A stretch of DNA of 64,000 nt from Candidatus Thorarchaeota archaeon. GTDB taxonomy: Archaea; Asgardarchaeota; Thorarchaeia; Thorarchaeales; Thorarchaeaceae. The translations under genes and the position numbers were made by a program. Positions 59,748 through 64,000 of the stretch are shown here, one piece after another (position 1 is the stretch's first letter; the number at the start of each line of letters is the position of its first letter). Below the pieces are notes generated by a model that saw nothing but the letters and a program-made list of their open reading frames with translations, was not told the DNA's origin and searched no databases. The stretch lies in assembly GCA_048882045.1 (NCBI GenBank), contig JBHLRZ010000001.1, forward strand, positions 64,001-128,000, written 5' to 3'.

Positions 59748-60049
59748 CAGACCACCATACCATAACGATGAAACACCGCCTTCGCATTCTCATGATTGAC
59801 AGCATAGAGTGTTCTCCGCATGTCATCCAGGTTTGGTATCCTTGCACAAAGATTAGTTTCGACAAGCCGATCTAAGGCAAACGTGACAGTTCTTAATGGA
59901 ACATCTGCTTCTTTGCTGATTACACGAGGAGGATGCGGACCCCTTTTTGTCAAAAAAGCAAGGATCTGGAGGGCACTTTTTGGAAGTCTAATGGCTGATT
60001 GCACATTTTCCACCATGAGGAATTGTACATGATTTGGATATGTATGCAC
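59747..60049 (-). CDS. Archaeal MarR-like winged-HTH regulator
   Basis: LPKSALQIL..L...GP, RTVTFALDRL, PNLDDMRRTLY. Confidence 0.8.
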   Translation of the reverse strand: MHTYPNHVQFLMVENVQSAIRLPKSALQILAFLTKRGPHPPRVISKEADVPLRTVTFALDRLVETNLCARIPNLDDMRRTLYAVNHENAKAVFHRYGMVV

Positions 60050-60204
60050 GTTACGTCTCAGATTCGGAAACCTACTTCATCATTTGGTGAATCTTGTTGT
60101 TTCTGGAATCTCGAGCTTCGGAAAATTACATTAAGAAAAAGCCGAAGACATTGCGTTTTTAACCGTGAGTCATCTCTCTAACCTCAATCGCAGGTTGAGG
60201 ACCT

Positions 60205-61326
60205 ATGAGTAGTATTTGGACCAAAGCACGTAAGAACACACCCAAGATAGATTGTGGTCTCTGTGGATTTCCAACCTGCGCAACCTTTGCTCGTTCCCTT
60301 GTAACAAATGAAACAGATCTGTCAAGATGCCCAATCCTCTCACTAGATGCTTTTGGAAACAATCAGAATGAACTGGCTGAACTGCTAGCTGACGTTCCAA
60401 TAACAGCAAAACCGGCCCCTGAGAGACCGGAAGATGGAGTTCTGATGTCAAAACCGTGCATGGATGCACCGGAGCTTCAGATGGCTGAGATGCGAATCTT
60501 CAATGGAGTAGATCCTGGATCCCCCCAGAGATTTGGCGTTTTGGATCCAGTCATCCTTTGTTGGCTTTTAGATTGTGTATCATCTAAATATCAGGATATG
60601 AAATGCAGTGTGGACCTTGCGTATGCATGGGGAGACATGGAAGAAACTAAGATTCACATTCTCAGAGATGGAAAGGTGAGAATGAGACGTGCAAGGGGAA
60701 AAGAGCATGCTTTAGAATCCTTCAGGATAATTGAACGGACAGTTATTGGAGCAACTATATGCAATTGCTGTGGGCATGATCTTTTCTCGGTGCTTGCAGG
60801 ACTGGCACCAGCGAAGAAGGCCCATACTATCCTCAAGGCTGGAAGCTCACTAGTGATTGATCCCGGACAGATTAATTGGACCTTGAGTAGTAATGCGATT
60901 GAAACCGCATTAGAAAAGAAGATGTTTAATCTAATCGAACCAATACATACTAGTCTAACAAATCAACTCGATCTTATGATAACCGGAGATTTCGATACAG
61001 AGAGTAAGTTCGATGCACGACCAGAGATATGCAAATACATCAGCATGATGCTTGAACCAGAGTCTCAAACCTATGTTACCATGTTCTTGAAGGGGTTAGC
61101 GAATGAGTTCTTCATGGATGGAGGACTGCGAGGACTCCGTGAGATTCGATTGCTAGTCCAAGAACAGCCTAAGTACAGTGATTTTGTAGTAGATCTATTG
61201 AGTAATGTGAGAACGAAGAATATGTCAGGATATGACATTGATTCGCTTGATCAACCTTCGACACTCTTGCTAGCACATGCCTTGAGAGTTTCCAGAGCAC
61301 TAGATCTCTACGATAGGTGGAAGTAG
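60205..61326 (+). CDS. Fe-S cluster-domain protein
   Basis: PKIDCGLCGFPTCATFA...CP N-terminal motif; CNCC. Confidence 0.75.
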   Translation: MSSIWTKARKNTPKIDCGLCGFPTCATFARSLVTNETDLSRCPILSLDAFGNNQNELAELLADVPITAKPAPERPEDGVLMSKPCMDAPELQMAEMRIFNGVDPGSPQRFGVLDPVILCWLLDCVSSKYQDMKCSVDLAYAWGDMEETKIHILRDGKVRMRRARGKEHALESFRIIERTVIGATICNCCGHDLFSVLAGLAPAKKAHTILKAGSSLVIDPGQINWTLSSNAIETALEKKMFNLIEPIHTSLTNQLDLMITGDFDTESKFDARPEICKYISMMLEPESQTYVTMFLKGLANEFFMDGGLRGLREIRLLVQEQPKYSDFVVDLLSNVRTKNMSGYDIDSLDQPSTLLLAHALRVSRALDLYDRWK

Positions 61327-61327
61327 T

Positions 61328-61633
61328 CTAGGCTAGCTTACGCCAGGTCAATGGAGAAACATGTGATGTGAGTGGAGTGTTCTTGTATTTCTCCATTAGA
61401 AGTTTAGCTTGATCCATATTTACATGATATTTGGGCCGTCTCATATCAAGTAGGTTTGGAATCCGTTTCAGAATCTGGTCCCTCATTAGACTTCTAAGTG
61501 CGAAACTGACGGTACGTGGTGCCATATCCAATTTGTCACTGATCTCTTTAGGACACATGGGACCATCGAGTATCAACGCACTTAGGATTGCGAAGGTGCT
61601 CTTGGGAGTTCTTCCAGGTCGTACAGACACCAT
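61328..61633 (-). CDS. Archaeal MarR-like winged-HTH regulator (paralog of 59747-60049)
   Basis: PKSTFAIL..L..DGP, RTVSFALRSL, PNLLDMRRPKY. Confidence 0.8.
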   Translation of the reverse strand: MVSVRPGRTPKSTFAILSALILDGPMCPKEISDKLDMAPRTVSFALRSLMRDQILKRIPNLLDMRRPKYHVNMDQAKLLMEKYKNTPLTSHVSPLTWRKLA

Positions 61634-61811
61634 ATTTACACTCCTTCTTTCTTGATTCTGAGAAGGTTGCAAAGGATATCTATTTGCGTGAAGCTTTTGG
61701 GTGTGGTTTTAGCTTGAACAAGAAAGTTCAGAGCTCAAACACGAAACGGCAAGTGCGGTTTTGAGACGAACTATCTCTCAAGATATATCAAGAACTTCAT
61801 CCATTGAGATT

Positions 61812-62180
61812 ATGGTGTCAGAACTGGCAGGAATTGTCTTCTATAGAACAACAATGCTTGAAACAATCGTTGACTTCTATGTGAACGATGTTGGGATGCA
61901 CATCTGGTTGGAACAGGATGATTGTACAATTCTAAGTCATGGAAATCTCCTGCTTGGATTCTGTAATCGTGATACAGTAGAGGTGGACTCTGTGATCTGT
62001 TTCTTTTATCCTACTGAGGATGATGTGGATGCCATGTATGAATTACTCAAAAACATCGCATCAACCGAACCAGCTATCAGTGAGAAATATCAGATCTACC
62101 AGTTCTTCGCAGAAGATCCAGAGGGTCGAGCTTTGGAATTCCAATCTTTCCTTCATCCAGTAGAACCAATCGGCTTTTAG
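61812..62180 (+). CDS. VOC/glyoxalase family protein
   Basis: FYVNDVGM, FFAEDPEGRALEFQ. Confidence 0.85.
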   Translation: MVSELAGIVFYRTTMLETIVDFYVNDVGMHIWLEQDDCTILSHGNLLLGFCNRDTVEVDSVICFFYPTEDDVDAMYELLKNIASTEPAISEKYQIYQFFAEDPEGRALEFQSFLHPVEPIGF

Positions 62181-62181
62181 C

Positions 62182-62769
62182 TTAGAGTGCAACCAGAGTG
62201 CTAGTTTCGACAGTCCAACCCAGTTCTTTTGCTGTCTTGAAGGCTTCACATGCCTCATTGTATTTACCAATAATCCAGAGGACTAAACGGAGTTTGTTCC
62301 ATAAATTGGGATCTTTCTTGTCCTCTTTGATCTCTTTTCGTATATTCTTGACCAACTTCTTATATTCCTTGATCTCGAGCTTTCTAGATTCTTGAGCCTT
62401 CTTCAAGATTTCATGTATCTGATCACTCAGGATTCCGACAGGATATTTCAAAAACTCATCTGGCCTTTCTTTCATGAATGAATTGATTGCAGATTTTGGA
62501 GTGTCCTTCGCCCTCCAAAGCTCTCCATTGACCAATTTTTCTTCATATCCGCTCTGCATGAACTCCATCAATTCTTGAAGATTCGATGTGATTTCATGAT
62601 CAGCACCTAGTGTCTTCTGACACCAGTCTAATTCACGATAAACAAGCTCTGAACCAACAACGTATGTAACTCGAGGGGTGGCCTCTATCCGCTTCAAATC
62701 GTTTAGAAGGTCCTTGACAGTGTATTGCTTTCTCTTAGTCAGTTTCGTGGCCACCGTAGCTTCACCCAC
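62182..62769 (-). CDS. Hypothetical protein with C-terminal TPR-like helix pair
   Basis: DPNLWNKLRLVLWIIGKYNEACEAFKTA. Confidence 0.65.
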   Translation of the reverse strand: MGEATVATKLTKRKQYTVKDLLNDLKRIEATPRVTYVVGSELVYRELDWCQKTLGADHEITSNLQELMEFMQSGYEEKLVNGELWRAKDTPKSAINSFMKERPDEFLKYPVGILSDQIHEILKKAQESRKLEIKEYKKLVKNIRKEIKEDKKDPNLWNKLRLVLWIIGKYNEACEAFKTAKELGWTVETSTLVAL

Positions 62770-62826
62770 CTGATGTTATGCTACTACTCTTTTGCCTGAT
62801 AAATAATATCAGCGTGTAGTTCCAAG

Positions 62827-64000
62827 TTAGTATGAAACGTGCAATTGGACTCTCTGCACGTATTTCTTAATGTCAAACTTTCTCTTGAGCCCGTTGGCAT
62901 TCATGTAACGTACCTTTCCGAAAATCTCACGTTCCTTCCAGGCTCTGTCATGCTTTCCAAAACACCATGCTACGCCGGTATAGCCATTCGGGTCACGACC
63001 ATCAAGTTCGTACCTGTTGTTTAGAGTTATACATGTGTTATAGGCATCCTCAGGTGACTCACTCCATTCGAGAATCTTCTTGCCCCAATACATCCTCATG
63101 TATCCGTGCATCTTTCCATAATTCCTCATTTCGTGTTGTGCAGCATTCCAGTATGGATCGTGCGTCTTGGCCTGTTCAAACTCACGAAAAGAGTAGTTGT
63201 ATTCTCGAGGGTCTAGAGCATGGATATCGAGGGTTTCTTTTGCCCAATTAGGTAGACAATCGATATTGTCATAGTCATCATTGAAGTAAACAAAGTTCAT
63301 ACTTAGCTCTCTTCGTACAACAAGCTCTTCGATATAGGATTCTGAACCAAGACTCTGGCTCTTCATAATCTCAAGGGCGATATCCAAGGGAGAAACTTGG
63401 CCAAAGTGCAAGTAAGGACTCATTTTCGAGAGTCTATCATGAGCAGGATCGTTTCGTCGGGTGTCGAAAACGTCCAAATCATTTGCTATGAATCTTCTAA
63501 GCATACGTCTAGCAGAGCTGGTACCGCCTTGGAGCTGAATCTGTTGGTGCGTTCGATTCTTAAAACGGAGGTCTTTCAAGACTGCTTCTATGTCAATGAG
63601 ATCAACATCTCCTTGTTCGAACTCTCCAAATCGGTTCTTCAGGCGTCGCTTTTGTACAGGTATTAGATAGTCGTCGAGGAGTCTGTTAAGTTTTGGTCTA
63701 ATAGTACCAGCAGAGTATTGTTCTTTCTGCGAAACTGTTTCAATTGGTACAATAACATTCGATTCAACCTGGTGCAAAGAACATTCAAGAGACCCCGCCA
63801 ATTTCAACCTCCACTTTCTCTGTGGTCTTAGATAATCTCGGTCAACGACTACAATGGAAGCATCTTCACCAAGATCAGAAACAATCTTTGTTGGAACATC
63901 ACGATAGATTACAAAGGGGATTCCTCGTTTCTTAAGAGATTCCTTCACTTCCGACAGGCCTTGGAGCATGAATCGATAGTGTGACACATTAGCTTCTGGA
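62827..64000 (-). CDS. phr: Class II CPD photolyase (5' end beyond window)
   Basis: PEANVSHYRFMLQGL, SKMSPYLHFGQ, EELVVRRELS, HGYMRMYWGKKILEW, DGRDPNGY. Confidence 0.93.
   Translation of the reverse strand, partial: PEANVSHYRFMLQGLSEVKESLKKRGIPFVIYRDVPTKIVSDLGEDASIVVVDRDYLRPQRKWRLKLAGSLECSLHQVESNVIVPIETVSQKEQYSAGTIRPKLNRLLDDYLIPVQKRRLKNRFGEFEQGDVDLIDIEAVLKDLRFKNRTHQQIQLQGGTSSARRMLRRFIANDLDVFDTRRNDPAHDRLSKMSPYLHFGQVSPLDIALEIMKSQSLGSESYIEELVVRRELSMNFVYFNDDYDNIDCLPNWAKETLDIHALDPREYNYSFREFEQAKTHDPYWNAAQHEMRNYGKMHGYMRMYWGKKILEWSESPEDAYNTCITLNNRYELDGRDPNGYTGVAWCFGKHDRAWKEREIFGKVRYMNANGLKRKFDIKKYVQRVQLHVSY

Noticed and set aside
1-64000. CRISPR array or cas genes to explain the CARF protein
   Set aside because: No regularly spaced direct repeats in any intergenic gap and no Cas motifs seen

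Overview
Core-genome window of an Asgard archaeon, most likely Thorarchaeia. The call is inferred from Lokiactin, a two-domain gelsolin, a longin-small GTPase fusion, archaeal r-proteins, TiaS, Tsr3 and Cgi121. 1-11.1 kb: archaeal spc/secY super-operon (uL5' to cbf5) with a small heat-shock gene inserted between uL30 and uL15. 11-19 kb: RNA-maturation block (type A RNase P RNA, Tsr3, TiaS, S13-S4-S11, intron-containing tRNA-Ser(GGA), RNase Z). 19-43 kb: regulators, repair and metabolic genes, gelsolin, a degenerate MCM-like protein abutting an orphan DNA methyltransferase, and a NYN-LOTUS RNase. 43-49.5 kb: actin, divergent from a wHTH-CARF + Mini-III-type RNase III pair that converges on a SAMHD1-like HD hydrolase and a stand-alone PriL-type Fe-S domain, then a cytoplasmic BBS2/ITFG2-like propeller. 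49.5-64 kb: lipid/t6A genes, hutI/H/U (long urocanase), two paralogous wHTH genes and a class II photolyase. No CRISPR array, transposase or integrase was seen. The best candidates for undescribed biology are the CRISPR-independent CARF/RNase III locus at the actin promoter and the MCM-like pseudo-ATPase. All family calls come from motif recognition by eye; no searches were run.
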